Shown: piece after piece, positions 1-7,369 of the stretch
Layout: each line of letters starts with the position of its first letter
How positions within the stretch are numbered: position 1 is the stretch's first letter
IMG/VR virus record: IMGVR_UViG_3300032236_000548
Coordinates: 1-64,000 of that record
Strand: one strand, 5' to 3'
DNA: 64,000 nucleotides
Source of the DNA: a virus
Translations under genes and position numbers: made by a program
The notes under the pieces: model-generated
Database searches by the model: none
Seen by the model: the letters and a program-made list of their open reading frames with translations, nothing else
What the model was told of the DNA's origin: nothing

Positions 1-59
1 GGTAGAGCAACTGATTTGTAATCAGTAGGTGGTCTGTTCGAGTCGGACAAGGGGCACCA
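1..59 (+). tRNA. tRNA-Thr(UGU), 5'-truncated by window edge
   Basis: Anticodon arm ACTGA-TTTGTAA-TCAGT, T-loop TTCGAGT, ends ACCA at 59. Confidence 0.9.
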
Positions 60-61
60 AA

Positions 62-263
62 ACCCCGTTTTACACTTTTACGTTAACTAAAGTGCGCGAT
101 TGCTGTAAGCGAGAACAGCACGGTGCATTGGATCTACCGCAAGGCTCCATTTAAGAGCGACTTGAGAAATCACAAAGGCGGGGACGCTATCCCGTCTAAA
201 TGGAAAAGAACGTGGACAGAGTAACAGCTCGGTCTAGGGCCCTTGTGGTGAGGGTAGCTAGAC
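62..263 (+). ncRNA. Putative structured non-coding RNA in tRNA cluster
   Basis: No plus-strand ORF; helices CACTTT/AAAGTG, TGCTGT/ACAGCA, CGGT/ACCG, TCCATTTA/TAAATGGA, GGCGGG/CCCGTC, GTCTAG/CTAGAC. Confidence 0.6.
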
Positions 264-338
264 ACTTTAATAAAGCTCTACCGCTTAATATGGTCATAGA
301 CCCAAAGTAGAATAAAATGCAGATTGCTTTATTAAAGT

Positions 339-412
339 GCGGGGTTCGTATAGTGGTAATACCTTAGCCTTCCAAGCTAAAGCGGAGAGTTCGATTCTCT
401 TACCCCGCTCCA
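339..412 (+). tRNA. tRNA-Gly(UCC)
   Basis: GCGGGGT/ACCCCGC acceptor, TTAGC-CTTCCAA-GCTAA anticodon arm, TTCGATT T-loop, encoded CCA. Confidence 0.95.
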
Positions 413-421
413 CAGCATTTT

Positions 422-498
422 CGGAGTGTAGCACAGCCTGGTAGTGCGCCTGGTTTGGGACCAGGAGGTCCAAGGTTCGAATCCTTGTACTCCGACCA
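422..498 (+). tRNA. tRNA-Pro(UGG)
   Basis: CGGAGTG/TACTCCG acceptor, CCTGG-TTTGGGA-CCAGG, TTCGAAT, CCA. Confidence 0.95.
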
Positions 499-518
499 AA
501 ATTTAAAAAGAGGAAACT

Positions 519-779
519 ATGAGAGCAAGTCACATTTTAGTAGATACATTAGAGCAGGCACAATCAATCCTAGCTGAAGCAAACACAATTAATTTTGGTT
601 CACTAGCACAAGTTCACAGCAAGTGCCCAAGTAAGGCACGTGGTGGAGACCTTGGTGATTTTGGTCCAGGTCAAATGGTTAAGCCGTTTGAAGATGCTAC
701 AGTAGCTACTCCAGTTGGACAAATTAGTCAGCCTGTACAAACACAATTTGGTTATCACCTAATCCATCGTACAGCCTAA
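519..779 (+). CDS. ppiC: Parvulin-type peptidyl-prolyl cis-trans isomerase
   Basis: RASHILV, SKCPS, GGDLG, GQMVKPFE, TQFGYHLI motifs; GAGG RBS. Confidence 0.93.
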   Translation: MRASHILVDTLEQAQSILAEANTINFGSLAQVHSKCPSKARGGDLGDFGPGQMVKPFEDATVATPVGQISQPVQTQFGYHLIHRTA

Positions 780-780
780 T

Positions 781-1329
781 ATGGACTCGCTAGTTAAGTC
801 TTACGATTATAGTAGTTTCATAACCGCTGATGATATAGAATCCGCGATACGCGATATAAATGAAATCATAGACAGCGGAAACTACTTTACTAATAGTCCC
901 CGATATCAAACTAAAGAGAACATCTTTAAACTACAAGGGGATCATTGGTTAAAATTGAGAATGTCATTCTTAACTAGTGTGTTTACCTATCTTGGACAAG
1001 AACGACAAGTCAGTAATATGATGGCTTGGTGTTTTAAGACTAATAAGAGTACTGAAGAAAACAGAGACATATATTGGCATCATCATAATAAACACAGTGG
1101 CAAGAGCATGAGCGGTATTATGTACTTGCACATTCCAGATGATGTTACAGATTTAACAACTTGTGGAACTGAGATTGCTCCGAATGGTCCTGAAGGCGAT
1201 GGCAAATTTTTTGCTGGGCCTAATGACAGAACATGGAACATCTATCCAAGCCAAACTTGGCACCGTCCTGGTCCTGTACAAAGTAATAAATGGAGATACG
1301 TGTTAGCAGTTGATGTTGACTACGTTTAA
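781..1329 (+). CDS. Putative 2OG-Fe(II) oxygenase-like (DSBH) protein
   Basis: WHHH..SGIMYL..GTE..IYPS..WHR..RYVLA pattern. Confidence 0.55.
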   Translation: MDSLVKSYDYSSFITADDIESAIRDINEIIDSGNYFTNSPRYQTKENIFKLQGDHWLKLRMSFLTSVFTYLGQERQVSNMMAWCFKTNKSTEENRDIYWHHHNKHSGKSMSGIMYLHIPDDVTDLTTCGTEIAPNGPEGDGKFFAGPNDRTWNIYPSQTWHRPGPVQSNKWRYVLAVDVDYV

Positions 1330-1910
1330 CTCATTGCCGCAGACATTGCTATTGCAAATGTCTTTGGAACATATCCTAAAGCACTATTGATTTGACTAGC
1401 AGTTAATCTAGCCGGAGTGAATGTAAAGACTCCATTGCTATAAGATAATGCTCCTGTGCCTGTAGCACTGGCAGTAGTTACGCTCAAGCCGCTTGCTGGA
1501 ATTGGTGTAAAACCTAATGCAGTAGTAACTTGATTGCTAGTCAATGTGATACTAGTGTCAGGAACCCAAGATAGAGTTCCGGTTCCATTGTTAGTTAAAA
1601 CACCCACAGAATCTGTAGGAAGAACACTAGCAGTAGTAACACCGCTGACAAACAACCAACTAATGTTAAAAGTACCAACATTTTGCGTTACAGCATAACC
1701 TGCTCTAACTAGCATACTGGAAAACGCTGTAGCATCAGTTAAATCGGTAATTGTGTAGGTTGTTGTATACAATCCTTGAGTTGATTTATATTCAATTTGA
1801 CTGAATACATCACCGTACTTTTCGAGCATGATTGCATCGGAGGCGCTGTTAGCGGTGCTAACGGCAGAGTTTGTAACGGTATATTGATCAGATGCTAGTA
1901 AAATTGACAT
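1326..1910 (-). CDS. Hypothetical Thr/Ser/Gly-rich protein, probably virion-associated
   Basis: 194-aa ORF, repeated VTTALGFTP/INSALGYVP, fibre-like C-terminus, minus-strand TAAATA upstream. Confidence 0.55.
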   Translation of the reverse strand: MSILLASDQYTVTNSAVSTANSASDAIMLEKYGDVFSQIEYKSTQGLYTTTYTITDLTDATAFSSMLVRAGYAVTQNVGTFNISWLFVSGVTTASVLPTDSVGVLTNNGTGTLSWVPDTSITLTSNQVTTALGFTPIPASGLSVTTASATGTGALSYSNGVFTFTPARLTASQINSALGYVPKTFAIAMSAAMS

Positions 1911-1929
1911 AGTAAATTATTTATCGTAC

Positions 1930-1958
1930 TTGACAAACAAGTAAATACGCAGTATAAT
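1930..1958 (+). promoter_or_regulatory. Sigma70-type promoter
   Basis: TTGACA-17 nt-TATAAT, perfect consensus. Confidence 0.85.
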
Positions 1959-1978
1959 TAAGTTTTTAAGGAAATCGT

Positions 1979-2254
1979 ATGCCACAACAAGTAAGCCGTG
2001 TAGCACAATTGGACAATGATAAAATCGTTGAAATGTCAGGTGGTAACAGATTCAATCTTGTTATTATGGCGGCAGCTCGCAGTCGTGAGATTCGCAGACA
2101 AAACAAGGACAGTCAAAAATTTGAACACTTGCACAGTAATGTAAGCGCATTACTTGATTTCCAAAATGGAACATTGGGTGCGGATTATATGAAAAAGGTT
2201 AAGTTTCACCAGCCACATGATCATCGTGTTGATCGTCAGGCAAAGTATAACTAA
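1979..2254 (+). CDS. rpoZ: RNA polymerase omega subunit homolog
   Basis: GNRFNLVIMAAARSREI matches omega NRFxLVxxAAxRAR signature; 91 aa; AAGGA RBS. Confidence 0.75.
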   Translation: MPQQVSRVAQLDNDKIVEMSGGNRFNLVIMAAARSREIRRQNKDSQKFEHLHSNVSALLDFQNGTLGADYMKKVKFHQPHDHRVDRQAKYN

Positions 2255-2261
2255 AGAATTT

Positions 2262-2337
2262 GGGTTCTTAGCTCAGTTGGTAGAGCGTCTGCCTTACACG
2301 CAGAATGTCGTCAGTTCGAACCTGGCAGAACCCACCA
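2262..2337 (+). tRNA. tRNA-Val(UAC)
   Basis: GGGTTCT/AGAACCC acceptor, TCTGC-CTTACAC-GCAGA, TTCGAAC, CCA. Confidence 0.95.
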
Positions 2338-2341
2338 TAAT

Positions 2342-2419
2342 GGAACGGTGGCAGAGAGGCCCAATGCACCGGATTGCAAATCCGTAAAACCGCCAGTTCA
2401 AATCTGGCCCGTTCCTCCA
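2342..2419 (+). tRNA. tRNA-Cys(GCA)
   Basis: GGAACGG/CCGTTCC acceptor, CGGA-TTGCAAA-TCCG, U73 discriminator, CCA. Confidence 0.9.
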
Positions 2420-2423
2420 TATT

Positions 2424-2996
2424 ATGAAAGCATATACACTTAACAATTTAGATAACTTTATTTTAGGTTGGTACATTGATCCAAGTGTATGTGACAAGCT
2501 GATAGACTATCATAAAAATGGTCTTAAGCGTGAAGGAAGAGTTAGCGGTGTAGTCAATCCTAATTTCAAAATTAGTACAGACTGTACCCTAGCAGTGAAT
2601 AGTGATCTATATCGAGAGTATACTTCACTATTGCGTAATGTTGTTGATCTGTATCAGGAGCACTATCCAATGTCGGGAGACATTGTTCCGGATTGGGGCT
2701 TAACAGAAACTGTACAGATACAGCATTACAAACCAGGCGAAGGTTTTATTGCCTGGCATACAGAACGAGCTGGAACACATCATCCAGTATGTAACAGACA
2801 TTTGGTTTGGATGACATATTTGAATGATGTAGCTGACGGTGGTGAAACAGAATTTTATCATCAGCAGTTAAAAGTTAAACCTGAAAAAGGACTAACTTTA
2901 GTTTGGCCAGCAGATTGGACATTTACACATAGAGGTGTAACTAGTCCAACAGAAGAGAAGTACGTGATTACAGGGTGGTTAACTTTTCAAAAATAA
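2424..2996 (+). CDS. 2OG-Fe(II) oxygenase (prolyl-4-hydroxylase-like)
   Basis: IQHY..WHTE, YLND..GGETEF, WPA.WTFTHRG, KYVITGW. Confidence 0.85.
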   Translation: MKAYTLNNLDNFILGWYIDPSVCDKLIDYHKNGLKREGRVSGVVNPNFKISTDCTLAVNSDLYREYTSLLRNVVDLYQEHYPMSGDIVPDWGLTETVQIQHYKPGEGFIAWHTERAGTHHPVCNRHLVWMTYLNDVADGGETEFYHQQLKVKPEKGLTLVWPADWTFTHRGVTSPTEEKYVITGWLTFQK

Positions 2997-3019
2997 TTTG
3001 TCAGGTTTACCAAAATGTA

Positions 3020-3048
3020 ATGACAGCATTGTAGATTTATACTACAAT
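3020..3048 (+). promoter_or_regulatory. Probable sigma70 promoter for the ncRNA array/DUF2828 gene, with overlapping inverted repeat
   Basis: ATGACA-17-TACAAT; palindrome ATTGTAG-N7-CTACAAT at 3028-3048. Confidence 0.5.
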
Positions 3049-3080
3049 AGATACATGTTAAGCAATTAACAACAGATTTT

Positions 3081-3246
3081 AGGATCGGCTCAGCAATTCA
3101 TAATATACTATGAACTGTTAGACACTGTGGTAGTTATTGGAGCAGAGTGCGTAAAAACACCGAGCGTTGAAGGTAACTATTGAAGCAAGACTAACGAGCA
3201 CAGAGTGATGGCCTGTGTAAAATAAAAGCAGTCAAAAACGATCCTG
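3081..3246 (+). ncRNA. Structured RNA unit 1 (AGG..CAGCAA..CCTG family)
   Basis: Terminal helix AGGATCG/CGATCCT, GCT-CAGCAA, internal helices TTCATA/TATGAA, GTTAG/CTAAC, GTAGTTAT/GTAACTAT, GCACAG/CTGTGT. Confidence 0.7.
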
Positions 3247-3257
3247 TTTGTATTCCT

Positions 3258-3467
3258 AGGATGGATACAGCAACTTTTACTATAACTGAACTGCCGTAAT
3301 AATCGTCGAAAGACGTTAAAGGGCTAGTGCTAGTAGAATACTAGATAGTGCCTATAGAATGTAGGATAGTAGCCCACATAGAATAAATGGGATATGCTTA
3401 CGGGACTTGAACCGATATACTGGGGATGGGGGTAAGCAGAAAATAAAATACTGTCCCGACCATCCTG
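3258..3467 (+). ncRNA. Structured RNA unit 2 (same family)
   Basis: AGGATGG/CCATCCT, ATA-CAGCAA, helices CCGTAA/TTACGG, CGTC-GAAA-GACG, GGGCTA/TAGCCC, CTAGTA/TACTAG, CCTATA/TGTAGG. Confidence 0.7.
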
Positions 3468-3479
3468 TTGAATTTATAT

Positions 3480-3541
3480 AGGTTAAGTTCAGCAACTATT
3501 TTTCGCTCATAATGAAACCGCCCCACAAGGGCATTAACCTG
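3480..3541 (+). ncRNA. Structured RNA unit 3 (same family; contains a CAU anticodon-like arm)
   Basis: AGGTTAA/TTAACCT, GTT-CAGCAA, TTTCG-CTCATAA-TGAAA, GCCC/GGGC. Confidence 0.7.
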
Positions 3542-3553
3542 AAAGGACACAAA

Positions 3554-4957
3554 ATGTCAACATTCGTAGAAGCAGTAGCAAATCAAGAAGGCCGTACCGC
3601 TAATGGTATGAAGGCACGTAAGTCAACTTCCAACAAGGTGGTTGATCTATTTTATAACATCGGTGCTAGCCGTGGCAAGGACATCGTTCCTGCATTCGTC
3701 GGTGCGTACACAGCCGACAAGAATCTAGCACTTCGTATTGCACTATGGGCACGTGATGCTCGTGGTGGAGCTGGTGAACGTGAATTGTTCCGTTCAATCC
3801 TTAAGTACTTGGAAAAGAACGATAAGGACGCCGCTTTGGCTTTGCTAAAGAAGGTGCCAGAATTGGGTCGTTGGGACGACATCTTTGTCTTCGCAGACAA
3901 GGATTTGAAGTCAGCCGCTTACACAATGCTAGGTGACGCTCTTCGTGAGAAGAATGGTCTAGCCGCTAAGTGGACTCCACGTAAGGGTGAAGTAGCACGT
4001 GAAATCCGTGAGTTCTTCGGTATGAGCCCAAAGTTCTACCGTAAGAGTCTAGTAGCACTTACAAAGGTCGTTGAAACACAAATGTGTGCCAAGGACTGGG
4101 ACAACATCAACTTTAGCCATGTTCCATCTGTAGCGGCTAGCCGTTACAAGAAGGCATTCAACCGTAACACTACAAAGTTCGCTGAGTATGTTGCGTCATT
4201 GGTTAAGGGTGACCCAACCGTAAAGGTAAATGCTTCGGCAGTTTTCCCTTACGATGTTTTGAAGGGCGTTGCGTATGCACGTTTCGACAAGACAGAAACT
4301 GATCATATCATCGCACAATGGGAGGCTTTGCCAAACTATGTGGGTGACGCTAACATCTTGCCATTGGTAGACGTTAGTGGCTCTATGAGCTGTCCAGCTG
4401 GCAAGAACACTTCGGTGACTTGCATGGATGTAGCAGTTTCACTAGGTTTGTATTTGGCTGAAAAGAATCAAGGTAAGTTTAAGGACACGTTCCTAACTTT
4501 CTCTGACAAGCCAGAACTAATGACCCTAAAGGGTAACGTAGTTCAAAAGATGGCCCAAATGGTTAAGTCCGACTGGGGCATGAGTACAAACCTACATGCG
4601 GCTTTCAGCAAGATCCTAGATGTTGCTGTTAAGAATGAAGTGCCACAAAGTGAAATGCCAGAAATGGTTTTGATCCTAAGTGACATGCAATTCAACCAAT
4701 GTGTCCGTCACGACGACAGCGCAATGGAAATGATTGAACGTAAGTTCAAGGCCGCAGGCTATGCTGTACCACAAGTTGTTTTCTGGAACTTGAACGCTAG
4801 CGATAACGTTCCTGTTAAGGCAGACAAGTCAGGTGCCGCACTAGTGTCTGGTTTTAGCCCAGCTATCACCAAGGCATTGCTAGCCGCAAACATGGATGAA
4901 TTCACACCAGAAGGCATCATGTTGAAGACTGTAATGAGCGATCGTTACAACTTCTAA
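3554..4957 (+). CDS. DUF2828-family TROVE/Ro60-like protein with C-terminal VWA domain
   Basis: ARDARGGAGER, GRWDD, AAKWTPR, MIDAS VDVSGSM, LSDMQF, VFWNL, VSGFS; start moved to ATG 3554 after AAAGGA RBS. Confidence 0.8.
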   Translation: MSTFVEAVANQEGRTANGMKARKSTSNKVVDLFYNIGASRGKDIVPAFVGAYTADKNLALRIALWARDARGGAGERELFRSILKYLEKNDKDAALALLKKVPELGRWDDIFVFADKDLKSAAYTMLGDALREKNGLAAKWTPRKGEVAREIREFFGMSPKFYRKSLVALTKVVETQMCAKDWDNINFSHVPSVAASRYKKAFNRNTTKFAEYVASLVKGDPTVKVNASAVFPYDVLKGVAYARFDKTETDHIIAQWEALPNYVGDANILPLVDVSGSMSCPAGKNTSVTCMDVAVSLGLYLAEKNQGKFKDTFLTFSDKPELMTLKGNVVQKMAQMVKSDWGMSTNLHAAFSKILDVAVKNEVPQSEMPEMVLILSDMQFNQCVRHDDSAMEMIERKFKAAGYAVPQVVFWNLNASDNVPVKADKSGAALVSGFSPAITKALLAANMDEFTPEGIMLKTVMSDRYNF

Positions 4958-4971
4958 AAACATAAGTTTTG

Positions 4972-4998
4972 AATAGGACCTTCGGGTCCTATTTTTTT
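4972..4998 (+). terminator. Intrinsic terminator
   Basis: AATAGGACC-TTCG-GGTCCTATT plus T run. Confidence 0.9.
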
Positions 4999-5006
4999 AT
5001 CCAAAA

Positions 5007-5066
5007 TAACCGTTGTAAAAATACAACACTTTAAGTATTGACTGGGTACCAATTTGGTGCTATAAT
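5007..5066 (+). promoter_or_regulatory. Sigma70 promoter with upstream palindromic box
   Basis: TTGACT(5038)-17-TATAAT(5061); TAACCGTTG-N6-TACAACACT box at 5007-5030. Confidence 0.75.
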
Positions 5067-5072
5067 AATACT

Positions 5073-5630
5073 ATGATGAAACAAAACATTGAACTGATTA
5101 AACAAGTATTTGCCCAATTAGGACACGATTGGGTAGAGCCTTACCAAACTACAGAGGGTGCAATTAATCGTCAGGAAGTGGGCAACCACAGAGGATTGTA
5201 TTACATCTATCCAGAAGTAAATTTCTATTTTGGTAAAGCGGCTACTAACACAGTAATCAATCGTCATCAAACACATCGTCCAAAATTGGATGTTAATTTG
5301 GCAGAGCTGTATAGCACGCCAGTAGAAAAAGTGGAACCCAAGTGGATGTTCCCAGAAGGTTGGAAAGAAGGTGTATGTAAGTACATCATCGAAGGAGTGG
5401 ATAGTATTCCTAGCCACTATGTTAAAATTGGGAAGAAGTTGGTAGCACCTGGTGTGCTAGACTTTCCAGTTAAACACAAAGTTGATGTTGATACGTTGAC
5501 TGTACTAGTTTGGAATTTGGACCATTTGACGTCAAAACAAATTAGCGAAATTGAAGAGGCTATAATTCCGGTGATTTGGCCTTATTGTAATAATGAGACA
5601 TATAGAAAAAGAAAGAAAGAAAATGTATAA
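5073..5630 (+). CDS. GIY-YIG-like nuclease
   Basis: GLYYI..YFGKA..R..H N-terminus; IEEAII..PYCN C-terminus. Confidence 0.55.
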   Translation: MMKQNIELIKQVFAQLGHDWVEPYQTTEGAINRQEVGNHRGLYYIYPEVNFYFGKAATNTVINRHQTHRPKLDVNLAELYSTPVEKVEPKWMFPEGWKEGVCKYIIEGVDSIPSHYVKIGKKLVAPGVLDFPVKHKVDVDTLTVLVWNLDHLTSKQISEIEEAIIPVIWPYCNNETYRKRKKENV

Positions 5631-5829
5631 GATAATGAAAGATAAAGTTGAGTTGGATCGTTTCCTAACTCTAGGCGAAGCAATGGATTATGCCAAGATG
5701 CTTGGCGAGCTAGTTACCATTGAAGGTAATGGAATGGAAATTGTCGGCATCTTTGGTGCTGATAGTATTAAGGACGGGCTATGCCCAGACGGTGTTGAAT
5801 ACACCTGGATGAAGCGGAGAACACAATGA
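5623..5829 (+). CDS. Hypothetical protein
   Basis: ORF overlapping both neighbours; likely start ATG 5623. Confidence 0.6.
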   Translation: MYKIMKDKVELDRFLTLGEAMDYAKMLGELVTIEGNGMEIVGIFGADSIKDGLCPDGVEYTWMKRRTQ

Positions 5830-6134
5830 AGATGTATATTTGTATTAAAGAAGGTACGCCCGTGGGTATGGCAATGAACGCCGCGGCCCATGCTGGACTT
5901 ATGTGTCATCTGGAATATCAAAATGATCCAGGCTACAAAGAGTGGCTTGAAACTAGTTTTAAGAAAGTAACTTGCATGGTAACTCCAGCAGAGTTTGCTA
6001 TGTGTAAAGAAGTTGTAGAGAATCTTGTTGTAACTGAAAGCCGTATGGACAATGCCGAACTGGCTGTTGTTATGTGCCCACGTCACGACAATGAATGGCC
6101 CGAATTTGTTAACTTACTGAAACTTTGGAAATGA
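5826..6134 (+). CDS. Peptidyl-tRNA hydrolase type 2 (Pth2-like)
   Basis: KMYICI..G.AMNAAAHA..WL..FKKV resembles the PTH2 signature. Confidence 0.7.
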   Translation: MKMYICIKEGTPVGMAMNAAAHAGLMCHLEYQNDPGYKEWLETSFKKVTCMVTPAEFAMCKEVVENLVVTESRMDNAELAVVMCPRHDNEWPEFVNLLKLWK

Positions 6135-6298
6135 AAATTAAATTTGATAAAGATACAATGCCCGATCACTTGTATAATACACTATTGCAACATTTTGTAA
6201 ATGAAGCAGTCGGATTAGGAGTAGAAGTAAACAAGTTTACCGAATTTAATAATTGGGTAATTGAATGTGAAGTGGACGTAAAGGAATCAGTCCACTAA
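6131..6298 (+). CDS. Hypothetical protein (55 aa, not in ORF track)
   Basis: MKIKFDKDTMPD..ESVH; ATGA overlap fills the gap. Confidence 0.6.
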   Translation: MKIKFDKDTMPDHLYNTLLQHFVNEAVGLGVEVNKFTEFNNWVIECEVDVKESVH

Positions 6299-6308
6299 GG
6301 AGAATTAA

Positions 6309-6776
6309 ATGCCGTGGATTGAAAATGTAGCCGCCGATGACATCCCAAAAAGATTTCATCACGATGCGGGTGAAAATAGTATGCTGATCAGTATCACTGA
6401 TCCAGCAAGTTGGCGTCCTACTCCTGCACACAAATTCAAAGAGATTCATAACTTTGAATTTTTGGATGTAGAAGAAAAGGACGAAGTTTTGGAAGAAGCT
6501 ATGAAGTGTAGTCAAGAAGATGCTAACAAACTTGTGGCTCTTTTACAACACGCTTTGGCTAATCGAATGAACGTTGTTGTTCATTGCTTTGCGGGTATTT
6601 GCCGTTCGGGTGCAGTATGCGAAGTGGGCGTAATGCTCGGCTTTGAAGATACAGGCAGGTTTAGAAGCCCTAATCTGCTCGTTAAGCACCGGATGATGAA
6701 GGCGTTGGGTTGGACCTACGATCCGGACGAAAAGCCCAACATCGACGATTGGCGCACGTTTAGAAGCATAGATTAA
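6309..6776 (+). CDS. Cys-dependent tyrosine/dual-specificity phosphatase
   Basis: VHCFAGICRS = HCX5R. Confidence 0.85.
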   Translation: MPWIENVAADDIPKRFHHDAGENSMLISITDPASWRPTPAHKFKEIHNFEFLDVEEKDEVLEEAMKCSQEDANKLVALLQHALANRMNVVVHCFAGICRSGAVCEVGVMLGFEDTGRFRSPNLLVKHRMMKALGWTYDPDEKPNIDDWRTFRSID

Positions 6777-6849
6777 CCGTTGCGTTATTACAACACTAGC
6801 CAGTAGCCAGTAATCTCTGGTTGACTGGCTAGCTGTTTGAGCTTATAAT
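6774..6849 (+). promoter_or_regulatory. Sigma70 promoter with palindromic box and hairpin
   Basis: Box TAACCGTTG-N6-TACAACACT 6774-6797; CTAGCCAGT/ACTGGCTAG inverted repeat; TTGACT(6821)-17-TATAAT(6844). Confidence 0.75.
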
Positions 6850-6879
6850 ATGTATATAAGTTAAACAAAGGAGCGACAA

Positions 6880-7161
6880 ATGAAACAAGACTATACAATG
6901 TATATCTACAAATTGGACAAGCGTACCAAAAGTGGTGAGCGTCTTGTTTCAACTACAGTTTGGACTAACCGCACTGAAGCAGGTATGAAGCGTGAATGTG
7001 CTGAACTGTTTGACTTGTATCCTGCTAAACAAGGATACCGTTTCGAGTACCATCCCAAAATGGTTACAGTTAAAAATTTGATGACTGGTAAAGACATCCA
7101 AATTGATCGTGACACTCCTTGGTGTTGCAATCCAGCTTCGGAGTCCTACTGGTCGATGTAA
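6880..7161 (+). CDS. Hypothetical phage protein
   Basis: AAGGAG RBS; C-terminal TPWCCNPASESYWSM motif. Confidence 0.7.
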   Translation: MKQDYTMYIYKLDKRTKSGERLVSTTVWTNRTEAGMKRECAELFDLYPAKQGYRFEYHPKMVTVKNLMTGKDIQIDRDTPWCCNPASESYWSM

Positions 7162-7170
7162 GGAGCCAGT

Positions 7171-7368
7171 ATGATGTTCGTAGCAAAATACAAAGACAAG
7201 ATTGTACAAATTGTTCGGGTTGCCGAGACTGTACAATTTTCTGAAGAAAAGGGCTGGATCTTTATCTGCTTTGACTTCGACAAGATCAACAGACGTCGTG
7301 AGCAATTCAAGTGGGTAAAGGCTAGCGAAACAAAATTCGAATGGATCCGCGAATTTGCGGAAGAGTAA
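7171..7368 (+). CDS. Hypothetical protein
   Basis: AAGGAG RBS, 65-aa ORF. Confidence 0.6.
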   Translation: MMFVAKYKDKIVQIVRVAETVQFSEEKGWIFICFDFDKINRRREQFKWVKASETKFEWIREFAEE

Positions 7369-7369
7369 T

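Noticed and set aside
294-533. Minus-strand 79-aa ORF (also 2294..2497)
   Set aside because: Antisense to tRNA genes; shadow ORFs
3285-3320. Hammerhead ribozyme in unit 2 (CTGA..GAAA)
   Set aside because: CTGAACT does not match CUGANGA, and GAAA is a hairpin tetraloop
3081-3541. CRISPR array interpretation of the repeated units
   Set aside because: Unit lengths 62-210 nt, only a short motif conserved, interiors structured, no cas genes in the window
3512-3553. Longer N-terminus for the DUF2828 gene
   Set aside because: Lies inside RNA unit 3; the RBS supports ATG 3554
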